From NCBI GenBank assembly GCA_028023455.1, contig JAQFVV010000007.1:17484001-17548000 (forward strand): a DNA stretch of 64,000 nucleotides. Reading direction: 5' to 3'. This DNA comes from Epiperipatus broadwayi. Lineage: Eukaryota > Animalia > Onychophora. The notes beneath the pieces were generated by a model. The model did no database searches. It saw only the letters and a list, made by a program, of their open reading frames with translations, and was not told the origin of the DNA. The translations under genes were made by a program, and so were the position numbers. Shown piece by piece: positions 1 through 12,076 of this stretch; the stretch's first letter is position 1, and every line of letters starts with the position of its first letter.

Positions 1-510
1 ATAGAATTAAACTCGGATGGAGTTGTATTTGTAGAAATTATTTAGTATTAAAAGGAAACATGACTGTGTTTGAAAAGAAAGCATTTAATAGATGTGTTTT
101 ATCAGTTGTTATCTATGGTTCTGAGATTTGGATTTTTAGCAGGACAGCAACACAGGTGCTTCAGACTATTTAATGAAGTATGGAGAGATATATATTAGGA
201 GTAAACAGAAGAGATCGAAAATAAATGATTGCAAGAATAACAAGTATCAATGACGTTATTAAAGGAACTAAGAAATTGAAATGGAGATGAGCTGATATTG
301 ATAGAAAAGATGATAATGGGTTAACAGTTGAAAATTACATCCCAAGAGATTGTAAAAGACCGAGAAAAAGACCAAATGTGAGATAGATAAATGAAAATTT
401 GATCATATAATATAAAAAAGATAGGTTATACATCAGAGAAAGTAGATTAAATTGGCAGATTTTCATTCTGCAGTGAATTGATAATGGTTGGAAATGATGA
501 TGATGATTTG
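1..510 (+). mobile_element. RTE-clade LINE, decayed 3' end (window-truncated)
   Basis: Manual translation gives FNRCVLSVVIYGSEIW, MERYILGVNRRDR, KWR*A and KRPRKRP (RTE ORF C-terminus). Ends in a (TGA)n tail at ~495-508. Stops and frameshifts present. Confidence 0.8.
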
Positions 511-840
511 TGATGACATAAGATTTATACATAAAACAAATACTAAGCCTATCATTTGACAGATAGAAGCTTAGAAAAGAATTTTTTTTTATTAGTTTTA
601 TCATTGATCAAGTTTATGTTGAGAATAAATGCAGACCAAGCATAAACAGAATTGAATGTAGGGAAAAAATAATAGAACATATGGACAGACATTTTGAGTA
701 GTGAAGAATCCTTTTTGGAAAATAGAATAAATACTGAAAGAAAGAAACTAAGGAAAAAGTTATTAGATTGTATATCACAACCACGGTTAGGCAGTAATTC
801 TGCCATTAGTAAACCGTAGTAAAAAAACAACAGCCTTTGC

Positions 841-1262
841 ACATTTATTTATATAATATTAAAATGTTTTGTTTAATTTACATTAAATCTTTAAAAAAAA
901 ATTATTAAAACAACCAACTAAAAAAAATAGCCTTTTTGAGCTGGGTACATGTAAGGCTGTCATGTGTCAAATTCACAACCAATTAAAAAAAAAAAATTAT
1001 GTTTATGCAAAGGAATTGGGAAATAATTGCACCATTATAAAAAATGCTCCGAAAAAATCAGTACATGTGTTTTTGCCTACAGAGGTATAGTATTTAAATC
1101 ATGAAGAAAATGTGATTACAATCCCTAAATTCATGTTTGTAATGTGATATTTAGCGTGGCTGATGTACATTTCTTACATTTACTTACATCATATTAAAAT
1201 CTTTTGTTTAATTTTCATTAAATCTTAAAAAAAATTTGTTAAAGCAACCAATTAAAAAAAAC
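841..1262. repeat. Degenerate direct duplication of a ~90-bp AT-rich segment (841-930 and ~1176-1262)
   Basis: ACATTTA..ATATTAAAAT.TTTTGTTTAATTT.CATTAAATCTT...CAACCAA occurs twice ~335 bp apart. Confidence 0.55.
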
Positions 1263-2905
1263 ATGTCCTATGTAGGTCTAGTACATTTGGTATATATATA
1301 ATAGAATATTGCCCTCTCAATATAAACAAATGCATTGCCCTCTGGTGTGGGTTTGTGAAATCAAAATATAAGAAATATTCATAAGCAGATAAGACCAGCA
1401 TTTGAGAGAATTAATTTAAAATACTAGGGAAAAGCATTCAGAATGGAAGAGGAAATAAAAGTGTGAATAATTATTTAAGATCTAAGTTCTTTTGGTGTAT
1501 TCTAAGAAAAATTAAGCAACTAGATGTTATATAATTTAAATTTTTTGTTTTTGTATTTCTCTCTTTCATTATCATTTTTCTTTGCTATATATGTTAATTT
1601 TTTTTTGCTTGAATACAGGTTCGGTAATTATGCAGGAGAAAAGTAGTATCAGGTGTTAATGTTTGATCATTATTGCTTGTCATCTCAATTTTAGAGCTAC
1701 ATCATAACCCATTTTTTTTACTTTGTGCTTAAAAACTTGTTTTTATATGTTCAAATACTCGTAAAGAGTAGGTAGTCATTATGAGTGATGGTTCATTATC
1801 TTCTTGGAATATTTTGTTTACAATCCCATATTGTGAATAAATTTAATAATGAAATTTTTTCTCACTAAGATGGCAAATAAATACAGAAAGTGTATAAATT
1901 TTGACTCGCATCATTAAAGCTATATGTGAAATAAGATAATGCAATTTATTTAAAATGTAAGAGATGAAATTCACTTAATTATTAAATACAATACTTTTTT
2001 TTTTGTGGTGTGAAACTTCATGTAATTGTTTTCTCAACAAGCAGATATTGTAATCCCATTATTTATTTATTTTTATGAATTCTTACTACTAATATATATA
2101 TAAAATGAAACACAATTAACTCTACAATTTTTAATATTCCAATGTATACATAAGTAACGAAACAGGTATCTCTAGTTTAGGACACAATTGTTACATAATG
2201 TTAATGTTGCAGCATAAATGGCCAACGTTCCATAATATGCTGTTTAATTTTTTCCCTTCAAATCATTTTCTACATATAATAAAGTTAGGATTGCAGAAAA
2301 AGCATATTGTGCACTGTAGCTATCACTCATCTAGCATTTATATATTTCCAGTATATTAAAACAAAACACTGGAATTAACTTTCAATATATTTAGATATAA
2401 ATAAATAACAGCTATAGCTACTGTTATAAATAGCATTCACAGTTTAAAAAATCAAAATGTCATTAAAATCACATATCATGAATATTCCAATGTGAAAGGA
2501 TGATTTCTCATGATTTGGGTATATTTACTCAATTAAATTGCTTATTTCATAAATTATCTTATTTATAAAATAATTCTCTTTGATTTTTCTTTTTCTCAAA
2601 TCATATATGCAAACTAAAAGCATGATTTGAAGAAAAGAAAATATTTTACAAATGTAAATAATTCAATACGTCCTAATGTAAGAGGTTAACTTTCTATAAT
2701 TAGTAAATTTTCACAATTCTATTGCTTATTTAATAAATTATCTATCATATTTATAAATTATATCTCTACATTTTTTTTACTTCAAATCATGCTAGCTATA
2801 TCTGCTATTTATTTATATATTGGTATAATGAAAATTGGAATTAATTTTAGTGTTATGTTTTTATTATATATTATTTGAATGATATATATATATATATATG
2901 AATGC

Positions 2906-3074
2906 CCATCACTCCCTCCCTCCTTCAACGCCATATTTTTCCAGCCAATCTAATTTGTGAACAAAGATAAAGTCTGAATTTTAACGAGATGAAAGATTCG
3001 TACCGTTAAAATTCAGATTTTATATTTATTTACAAGGTAGCATTGCTGGAAAAATATAGCGTTAGGAGTGATGG
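2906..3074. mobile_element. Palindromic MITE-like foldback element
   Basis: Inner arms TCTGAATTTTAACG / CGTTAAAATTCAGA; outer arms CCATCACTCC..AACGCCATATTTTTCCAGC / GCTGGAAAAATATAGCGTTAGGAGTGATGG. Confidence 0.65.
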
Positions 3075-3410
3075 TTATTTTATATTTGAATTTTCAGATA
3101 GCAATATGTACTGGATGTATTTCTTAAATATGTATATATATGAATATACATTAAAGAAGTTATTTTATTTAAAAGTGACAGGTGGAATTAATAAGTTTAT
3201 ATACAAATTTATATGTTTTGTATATGTAATTCTAATGATTTTAATGACCACGTAAATAATTTTATGGCTTATCAAATATATAACCCTAAAAACAAGCTAT
3301 TCACGGAACAAACAAGTCAGAATATATTCCTAAGATAATTTGCAAGCAAATGAACTTATAAATATCATCAATATAACAAAAAGATGGGCTTTATTTAGAA
3401 TTTCTTTTAA

Positions 3411-3918
3411 AAACAAAGCAAAGCAAAACTCCATATAGTAGTGCCACCTGTGCTAAACAGAGTAATCAATGGATGCCAGAAGGCTTGTGCATAAAATCCC
3501 TATCTAATGCCTACTCATCCAATATCCCTAGACTAGTTTCTGGCTTGTGGCCTTCATCAGTGAGGAGCTTTGGATCTGAGAGCACTGCATCTAGATCTTA
3601 GGATCTAATGCAACCCTCTAGCAACCACCTTTTATCTCTACTTAACTACAAAACCATGAGCATGAAATTAAAAACACAAAAAATGTTTTCAATCTAAGCT
3701 CAATAGCTTATATAGTCATATGGGTCTGAACTCAGTTCAGCACCCATACATTTTGGTGTCTTTGGCTCTTTAACAACCATAGCCACCATTACCCTATTAG
3801 GCAGGATTGGATGAGTAGGCATTAGATAGGGATTTTATGCACAAACCTTCTGGCATCCATTGATTACTGTGTTTAGCACAGGTGGCACTACTATATGGAG
3901 TTTTGCTTTGCTTTGTTT
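3411..3918 (-). mobile_element. Hammerhead-bearing non-coding repeat, family A (~395-bp minus copy plus ~113-bp inverted partial copy)
   Basis: 3411-3523 is the near-identical reverse complement of 3806-3918. The body is homologous to copies at ~15.6, 20.2, 28.0-29.4 and 48.1 kb. Confidence 0.85.
3524..3567 (-). ncRNA. Minimal type-I hammerhead ribozyme motif (family A)
   Basis: Minus strand reads TCCTCA-CTGATGA-A-GGC-CACAA-GCC-A-GAAA-CTAG-TC-TAGGGA: both core boxes, stem II, palindromic stem III (ACTAGT), GUC triplet, stem I with one mismatch. Confidence 0.7.
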
Positions 3919-4404
3919 ATAAACAATTATGTGCTAGTATTGGAGATGTGATCATGTGATGCTTGCTGGTTTAAGTTCGTTTAAAATGATTCTTTGAGAA
4001 ACCAGCTTATGATTATATTATTGATGTATTCAGATTTATTTCCATGAATAGACTTATACATGTATATGTGCCCTTTCACTGAACAAACAAGTTTGAATAC
4101 ATTATTAAATTAAAATAATTCCCAAGCAATATTTTTAAAGAATCATTTAACTGAACTTGCAAACAGCGCTGATCTTATACAGTATCAATCTTCTTTTAGT
4201 AATGTATTTGGGCTCGTTTGTTCTCTGAGTGGGTTTATATTTCTAGCATTACATATTTGGGAAGACCTAAAATTATTTATGTGCTCATTAAAACCATTAG
4301 GATTATATGCATATGTTCATTTATAGATACATAGACAATAAAAAAATTTTTTTTTGGTATGGTTTTTTTTCGTGGATAATGCTAGGCTATATATTTTTTA
4401 TGCT

Positions 4405-5745
4405 GAGAAAGTTCAGTGGAGGGCAGTTCCTATCATTTGCGGATGATGTCTTCTTGTGCACAGATAGAAATAAAGATATAGGAATTATGCTCAGTGTATG
4501 CACAAGGGTGGACAAAGATGGGGATTAAATTTAATGAAGAAAAATCAAAAGTAATGATGATTAATACTAGGGAAAGAGAATATAAAGAATTTTTATTGGG
4601 GGATATAAAGTTAAGTGTGGTAAATAAGTATAACTATTTGGGAATTGTCTTAAGTAATCAGAGAAATTGCTTGGATGAATGGGAGAAAAAAATGATAAAT
4701 GAAGCAAAGAAAAGAAAGAGACTGATAAAGAAATTATCAATGTTTTCATATAATAAATATGATGTAGCTACAATTATATGGGAATGGCAATAGCAGAGTT
4801 AACATGTAATAATGATGTGTTATGTGTTGTAAAGAGGTGTTAGATTACTTAGAAAAAGTACAAAGAGAAAAAGGAAGACATGCATTAGATGCAGATATGT
4901 GGATGGCAAAGGAGGTAATTCGTGAAGAAATGATATGGTCAAGTTTTTATATGAGAGATGCAAAATGAAAATGTTTAGTAGATTGCAGTTTATGGATAAT
5001 AAGAGAATAGCCAAAATAGTATTTAGTTGGGTTATGAGTAAAGGGCAGGCAACAAGATGTGTGAGAAAGATAGTACAGTATGCAGATTTGGATAAATAAT
5101 TTATGTCAGTATATTTATACTAAAGGTGGGATAATTGTTTTATGAGAATTGTTGAGTGTTATAGTGGCAAGGAATGGGATAGAATAGATTTATTAATAAA
5201 GAATAGGGAGATGGAGAACTAGTATGGAGAGTAAAAAGAGGTTGAATATATATAGAAGTAAACAGAATATTGGGTGTGAGTTAATAGCAAAGAAAATATT
5301 ATTTTAAGGCTCAAACAGGATCTTTAGCAACAAGGAAATATACACAAATGGAAAAGTGTAGGTGATTTAGTTTGCAAGTTGTGTAGGAAAGGCATAGAAA
5401 ATATTAGGCATCTGTTAATTAAATATAAATACCTGCAAGCAGAAAGGGTACAAATAATGAAGTTGTAGAAGAATAAATATAAACCAAGTGTTTATACTGA
5501 AAATGGATTCTTGATATTTATGCTGGGTTTAGGAAAAGGGAGCTTTTAAATATAAAGGCTATGGAGTTGACAAAGATTATCTTGTGGAAATGGGATGGAG
5601 CAGAATAGAAAAGAATATGGGAAAAACTTAGCGTGGGGAATGGAAAGGGAAGATAAAGTGGCTAACAGGTTTCTCAGGGCATAGTGGCTGAGAGATTCCT
5701 AACTCCAAAATAGGAGAAATCACAAAGCATGACATAACATGTAAA
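4405..5745 (+). mobile_element. 5'-truncated non-LTR retrotransposon (RTEX/CR1-L2-like ORF2: RT C-half and C-terminal CCHC remnant), decayed
   Basis: LSFADD at 4430-4447, FNEEKSKVM, YNYLGIVL, MKMFSRLQFMDNKRIAKIVF and CKLCRKGIENIRHLL. A same-family copy lies at 63155-64000. Clade assignment is tentative. Confidence 0.8.
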
Positions 5746-5854
5746 CGATGTCCAAAATTACTTGCTGATGTTTCTGAAACAACTTAGTTTTTTTTATTTT
5801 AATTACATTCTAAAGGAAAGATTTGAGTAAAATTTTATATATATTGTAATACAG

Positions 5855-5946
5855 TAGTTGGACAAAATAATAGATATGTTATATTAACTTTGTTTTTGAT
5901 TTTGTGTAGTAAGGAAAATATATGCCGACAAAATCCTGAGGAATGG
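5855..5946 (+). CDS. Candidate upstream exon supplying the first PHD Cys pair (..LCSKENICRQNPEEW)
   Basis: Open frame after TACAG. It would join the 6915 exon in phase 0 but needs a non-canonical GC donor (GG|GCAAAT). Confidence 0.25.
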
Positions 5947-6914
5947 GCAAATATTATCTAATGAGAAATTGATGTTAGTGTTAAATCAAGAATAAATATG
6001 GGCCTGAGTAAGTTTATAAAGTGCCAAACTATTTGGCCTGATTACTGGGTCTTCTCTATCCAAAACTATATAATTCTTTAATGTTTTGTAAGACTGAGTC
6101 ACAAATGTGACATAATACATTCACTACTCACCAATACCTATTGAGTAGATAACAATAAACCTTGTCAGGAACTGTAATCAAAAAGCACAACGCTATAATG
6201 GAACAAATTACTGCAAAGATTAACACTCATCCAAGTACTTACGATATTTATCAGTTACAAATTGGCAGTTATTTCAAAACTGTCTGATTATCATCAAAAC
6301 CTAGCAACTTGACTGCCTTCTTCCTGCTATGAAATGTGATGAAAGTGAATTCATAATTTTGAGCAGTCACATTATTTCTTGATTCAAACATTGTGTGGAC
6401 CTAGCATTCTTCCAGACTATTTTAACTTGGTCGGAAGTGGGGGGGGGGTCACTTTCGAAAATGATTAAGTTCTAACTCAATCAGCATACAGAAATATACC
6501 TCATTACGTATTTTCCAGTCAAGTATCGTTCGTCAGTATTTGTCACAGAAGTTAAAGCTTTTTTTATCGGATGTGTTTTAATATTTTTCTATGCAGTATT
6601 CAACTGTTGTACAATTTTATCCTCACAGAACACAGTTTTGTTACTGTTGGTGGCCTGACTCCATGTAATTAAAAATACCATAAAGGTTTTCACTGTTCAT
6701 CCATCCCGTTATTATTAATAATAATTAAAAGCTATTTTTAAATAACCCATTTTTTAAACTTGTCTTCATGAGATTGTATTACAGTTTCAAGTTAACTCTT
6801 GTTCAAAGTAAGACATACTGCAGCTTGAAATTGCAATCGAATCTCAAGAGAGAAAATATTTGCTTTAATATACTGTTAAATAAATGATGCGATATTGTTT
6901 TGGTTCTGTTATAG

Positions 6915-7019
6915 GTGCAATGTGATGACTGTTCAAAATGGTTTCATCTAGATTGTGTTGGGTGCAACTACTCAGAAGTCAGTGGGACAGACAAAAGTTT
7001 TCAATGCGGATGTTTATAA
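6915..7019 (+). CDS. Terminal coding exon encoding the C-terminal part of a PHD-type zinc finger
   Basis: Acceptor TTTTGGTTCTGTTATAG|, then VQCDDCSKWFHLDCVGCNYSEVSGTDKSFQCGCL* (CxxC, WFH, xxC spacing of a PHD finger). Confidence 0.75.
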   Translation: MQCDDCSKWFHLDCVGCNYSEVSGTDKSFQCGCL

Positions 7020-8089
7020 AAGCACCACCTTAATGCTAAAATCAGTTAGAGATACGGCAACAATTATGGCGTTTCTATTGGGATGTTTTTTTTTAAAATT
7101 AATATATGAAATATCGGCAGCAATTTGTACCATTGTTTTTTTTTTTGTTGTTTTCTTAAGCATTTTTTTATTATTAATAATAATTTCTAGCCGACATTAA
7201 TTATTTTTCAGATGTAATATTTTTTTGTTGGGGGAAAAAAAAATTAGTGTGTGAATCCGTATGATAATATAATATATATACACATTCGAAAACACCTACG
7301 CACACATATATGTATGGTATATGAAAACAGATATACTTTAGTCATTATTAAGGAGACTCAAATAATACACAGCTCTTAACTGCCCTTTATCATTACTCAA
7401 GTTTTTCTACACATATTTAAAGTCACTGCCATCTTCAGGGGAATTGTCGTACTTTTATTGTTTTTATTTTTTAAAACAATTTTCAGTATTTTTTTTTTTT
7501 TTGTCAATTTAAATGCAATCAATTTTTTTTGCTTTTAATTTTAGCATAAAAAATATTTGTTACATAATTGGTATAATTTTTAATTAATAGCTGATTTTAA
7601 TTATATAAACGTGTGTATTTATGTATTTCTTTTTTTGTACTTATGATTACATCTGTATATGAAATTATGTTTGCATTTTGAAATGATGCATTTAAATCGT
7701 TATGTAATTAATTGTTCACATCAAAGTAAATTTATGCAATTTAATCAGTGAAATTTAGAAATTTGATATATATATATTTTTATCTTCCTTGTAAAATGGT
7801 ATTCGTACTGGTGAAAGCCACAAACTAGAAATCAATCAGGAATTTTATATCCACTGATTGCTGTCAAATGCAGATTCCGTATAAATTGGAGATGTCATGT
7901 GTTACTTTGGTACATATAATCCTTTTACTGAAAGAATGAAAGATTTGTGTCTTAGTCTATAAATAAGGTCAACTACTGTTTAATGTTCAGATCTATGAAC
8001 TAGATTGGCAAGCGGTTTGGACTTGAAACATTGGGATATTTAAAATTTTAAGCCATAAACTTGGTAGCTTAATAGGAGTAAAAAATGGC

Positions 8090-8640
8090 TTTACCTTGTA
8101 AAAAAATCATTTGTATGTGGTTTGCATATATGAGGGTGAGTAAAAATTATCTGCCACACATAAACTTTTCTAAATCCAAGTCTGCCATGGATTATTGCAT
8201 ATGCAAAGTCATGGTTGATTTTTGCCCCATAATCCACTGGCACTTTTCTATCCAACAGAATCACTTAATGTGTCCTCTTAATCAGTTGTGAACATGAACG
8301 AGCATCTGGTACCTTCTTCATGACTGCCGCTTGTGTGAATTTCCTTGAACTTTTCTATCCATTCATACACTTTTCTTTGCATACTATGGACAAAGTCTGA
8401 TAAATATCTGCACCAGAGACCACCTAAAATCACAAAAAGGAATCCACTGCTATTTTTTCATGCAAATTGTGAGGTGGTCATTGTTTTTATACTGAAGTCA
8501 CATTTGCACCATCATAACACATTCAAATCTGCATAGCTATAATTGGTGAAATAGCATTCTTACATGGAAAGTACTGATGAGGTAGTGCGGCCATTAGAAG
8601 TTTAATGTGGATAATTTTTGGCTTACATTTATATATTTCT
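8090..8640 (-). mobile_element. Mariner (Tc1/mariner) transposase N-terminal remnant with 5' end
   Basis: Minus-strand translation gives KVYEWIEKFK and HDFAYAIIHGRLGFRKV (mariner HTH region and the segment before WVP). Multiple stops. Confidence 0.8.
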
Positions 8641-11600
8641 ATATATAAATATAATGGTTTTATATAAAATTTGTTAGTATTTTTTCTTTAACTGATAACA
8701 GAAATTGATCTTTGATCTAATAAAGAATCGTCAAAATAATCATTTTTTTTTTTCATTGAAATCTATTGTTGATATAAATTTTTTAAATTTATATACATTC
8801 AGAAAACAAAACTTCAAGTACTAATTTTTTTAATTATTTTTTGTAAAAATAATAATAATTTTTTCCCCAACTTTTTGATTAGATTTTCCAGGAAGTATTT
8901 TTTTTTAATTATTTCAAGATGTCCTTTTTGTAATAACTTTCCTGGCAAATCTAGTCAAAAAGTTGGGGAAAAAATATCATATTCATCAATAATAGATTAT
9001 CTTAAATCTTCAGTTGGTTTTTTTAAAGATAATCTTTTGAATATATTTCAAATTAAAACTGTAAAATTAGTTATATTTATCTATTTTTCTCAGAAATATA
9101 TATATCTATTTTTTCAAAAGCAAATTTTCTCAATTTTTTTGTTATTTTAAAAAATTGTAGAATGTAGATCCCCCTCTTTAAAAACAAAATTCTGATAAAT
9201 GAATCATGAAATAAAATTGTAATTTGCAGTCTTTTTGTCAAGTTTTTCAAATTAAAGCAAATAACATTCTAAATTACTAAAATTTACTTCATTTCCTCAA
9301 ACCTTTGTCTTTTCTTATATCAGAACGGTCAGTTCTTATGCAATCAATTCATGTTGTTTGAAGTACAGGTCTAAAAAAAAGTTCTTCCCATCTTGTTTGA
9401 TAATTATTGTATCTGCTAAAAGTTATTAATTCATTTTATTGTATATTATGAGTGTAATCATGCACTAGCTTTGAAAAAAAAAGTGGTACAAGTACTTTGA
9501 AATTAACTTATATAGAATTGGAAGAGTACCTCATCCCCATTATGTTTGAAGTGACAGTTCATGATGATATATTTTAAATAAGTATTTAATAATAGATCAT
9601 CATGCATTTCAATCATTATTAGAAGTGAAATTATAATTGCATAATTCAAATCCTATTACGTTTAATGCATAAGAATATTTTTTCTAACACCACAAGGGTA
9701 AAAAGTTTAAACAATCTAAAATCAATATCCCACAAGTATTTTTTATGCCCTATTAATTTTTCAAAGAACTGAAATGTCATTTATGCAGTGGTAGGTATTT
9801 CTGGATTAATTTTCATTAAAGGAAAATTTCAGAAAAAAAAAATCAAATTAATTTCATTTGAACTATTGTTGCATTCGACTTATCGTTTTGGTGCCAAATG
9901 TCACTTGATCTTCTAGGTGGCAGCACATAGTTTTTTTTTTTTTATGTATAATTTTAATGTGAAGATTCTGATACTGTATAATATGCTCCATCTTGTTTGA
10001 AAGAAAAATTTAGAAATCATTTTAAAGAAGGCATAGTGTTTTTTGTTCAAAATATGTATACATTTTTGGTTATTCTTCGATATATATATATATACTACAT
10101 GTAAACAGTCTCGGCAGAAATCATGCGTATATAAAGAAAAAGTATATTTTTATCAGCTTTTGAGATATGAAAGATTAAAGAATATAAAATTATTATACAT
10201 TGTGATTGAAGTCTGAAAAAATATATATTCTTAAAAATTTATGTATTTTTATTTTTCCAAGAATTTGGAAACAATTCACATGTTAAGTATGTGTATATGT
10301 TACTATAAATGTAATTTATTGGTAATATGCATAATTACTGATCATTTATATGCTTTACCATAAAGGTAGTAAGAAAATGCGATCAACTTTGTATGTTTTA
10401 TCACGTTAATAGCAATTATAAATAATTTCAAGCTTCTTGTATGAAATGTAATGAATTCTAAGTTTATTTTGTTGTCTACAATTGACGAGTTTCACTCAAA
10501 CTCAGATAAATCAATATTTCCTCATAAATTTGTGTTTTGTTTTTTTTGTATCTTGAATATTTTAATTTTTTCATTATAATATGTTGCCAAATGTTTCTCA
10601 ATAATCAAATCAGGGACTTCCTTTATCCCTATATGGTATTGGATGGCTGACATTGAACCATGAACAGAAAAATTAGCTTCTCATTACCTTCCATTTTTAT
10701 ATCATTATTCTAATCATTAATAATCTAGTTTTTGATATTACTTTTAGGCTTTTACTTTTTTCAACATTATTGTCTTTTTTTATTTAAAAGAAAAAATTCA
10801 TTATTTTTTTATTACGTATGAGGCTTGATAATTTTTTATTGGTACAAATATTTATGATATATTTACTGAATATTTAGTTCTAAACTGTATGATAAAATTG
10901 GAATAAAATTCAGAAATGAATGTGATACTATTAAAACCAAGACAAATGTTAAATGCGTAAAAGCAAGAAATATATAATTTATTGTATTTAGTAAAGGAAT
11001 GTAGAAATTACTCATAATTAACTATTATATATGATGAACTAAAATGAAAAATAAATTATCACTTCACCTTGATTATTAATTATGCATCATTATCAGTAAT
11101 TATGCGTTAATTTTTGAATTAAGATAATATAAATTAAAGCTTATTTTACCCCCTTTTTTATATATATATTTATATAAAAAGTGAATTTTCAGATATAAAT
11201 TTTGTACAACTTTGGTGACTGTAAATCTGTCAAGTGTTTGCTTTTCACACTTGCTGAGTAATATTTTGAAATCCAAAACTATAATATGTTTTTATATCTG
11301 AAATTTTTAATGTGTTCATGAATCCATATTATGAATTTTTTTTTTTTATTTGTTTGTGTTATTGTCCAGCTATTCTTTATTGCTTGTTTTGGTTTATGTA
11401 GTTTTCCCCGAAGATAATTTTGTTTTGTAAATATTTTTTTAATCATTTTTTATATTACTATTACTCTTCCATTGGAGTTTTATTTAGAAATAAAGTACAA
11501 TAGTGGTTATATTATTATTTTGTTTTGTGAACTTTAAATTAGCTGATTACTCACATCCAAAAAATGAATTATAAATTACAGTTGTAATATATATATAAGG

Positions 11601-11683
11601 GTATGAATAGTTAATAGAATATGTATTCGGAAATATTACCAAATTTACCACTTCCTTTATTTTGCTGTAATATCTTATATAAA

Positions 11684-12076
11684 TGCAATTTATCCGCTCT
11701 ATTTTGAACACATTTTAGCAAAAAACCTTTTATTGTACATATATGTGTACACAATCTTACGTTTCAACTGTCCTGCAGTCTTCTTCGGAGCTATTTACAT
11801 TGTATATTTTATTTTATATTAACTGGATTATTTTATTTGGGTTTGATTATATTTATTTCAGTTTTATTATGTTCTGTTATATATATATTATTTTATTAAT
11901 TTTATTGTTTACATTTTTTATGGTATTATTTATATAGTTATTTATTTTATTTTGTTTATTATATTATAGCTTTAAAGAAGACTGTAGGACAGTTGAAACA
12001 TAAGATTTTGTATCCATATATGTACAATAAAAGATTGTTTGCTAAAAAGTGTTCAAAGTAGAGTGAATAAATTGCA
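11684..12076. repeat. Inverted pair of PLE-terminus-like repeats, family D, each with a hammerhead-like motif
   Basis: 11684-11795 is the imperfect reverse complement of 11965-12076. Motif (C/T)(C/T)(G/A)AAGA-A-GACTG-N5-CAGTT-GAAA-C(G/A)-TA. Confidence 0.7.
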
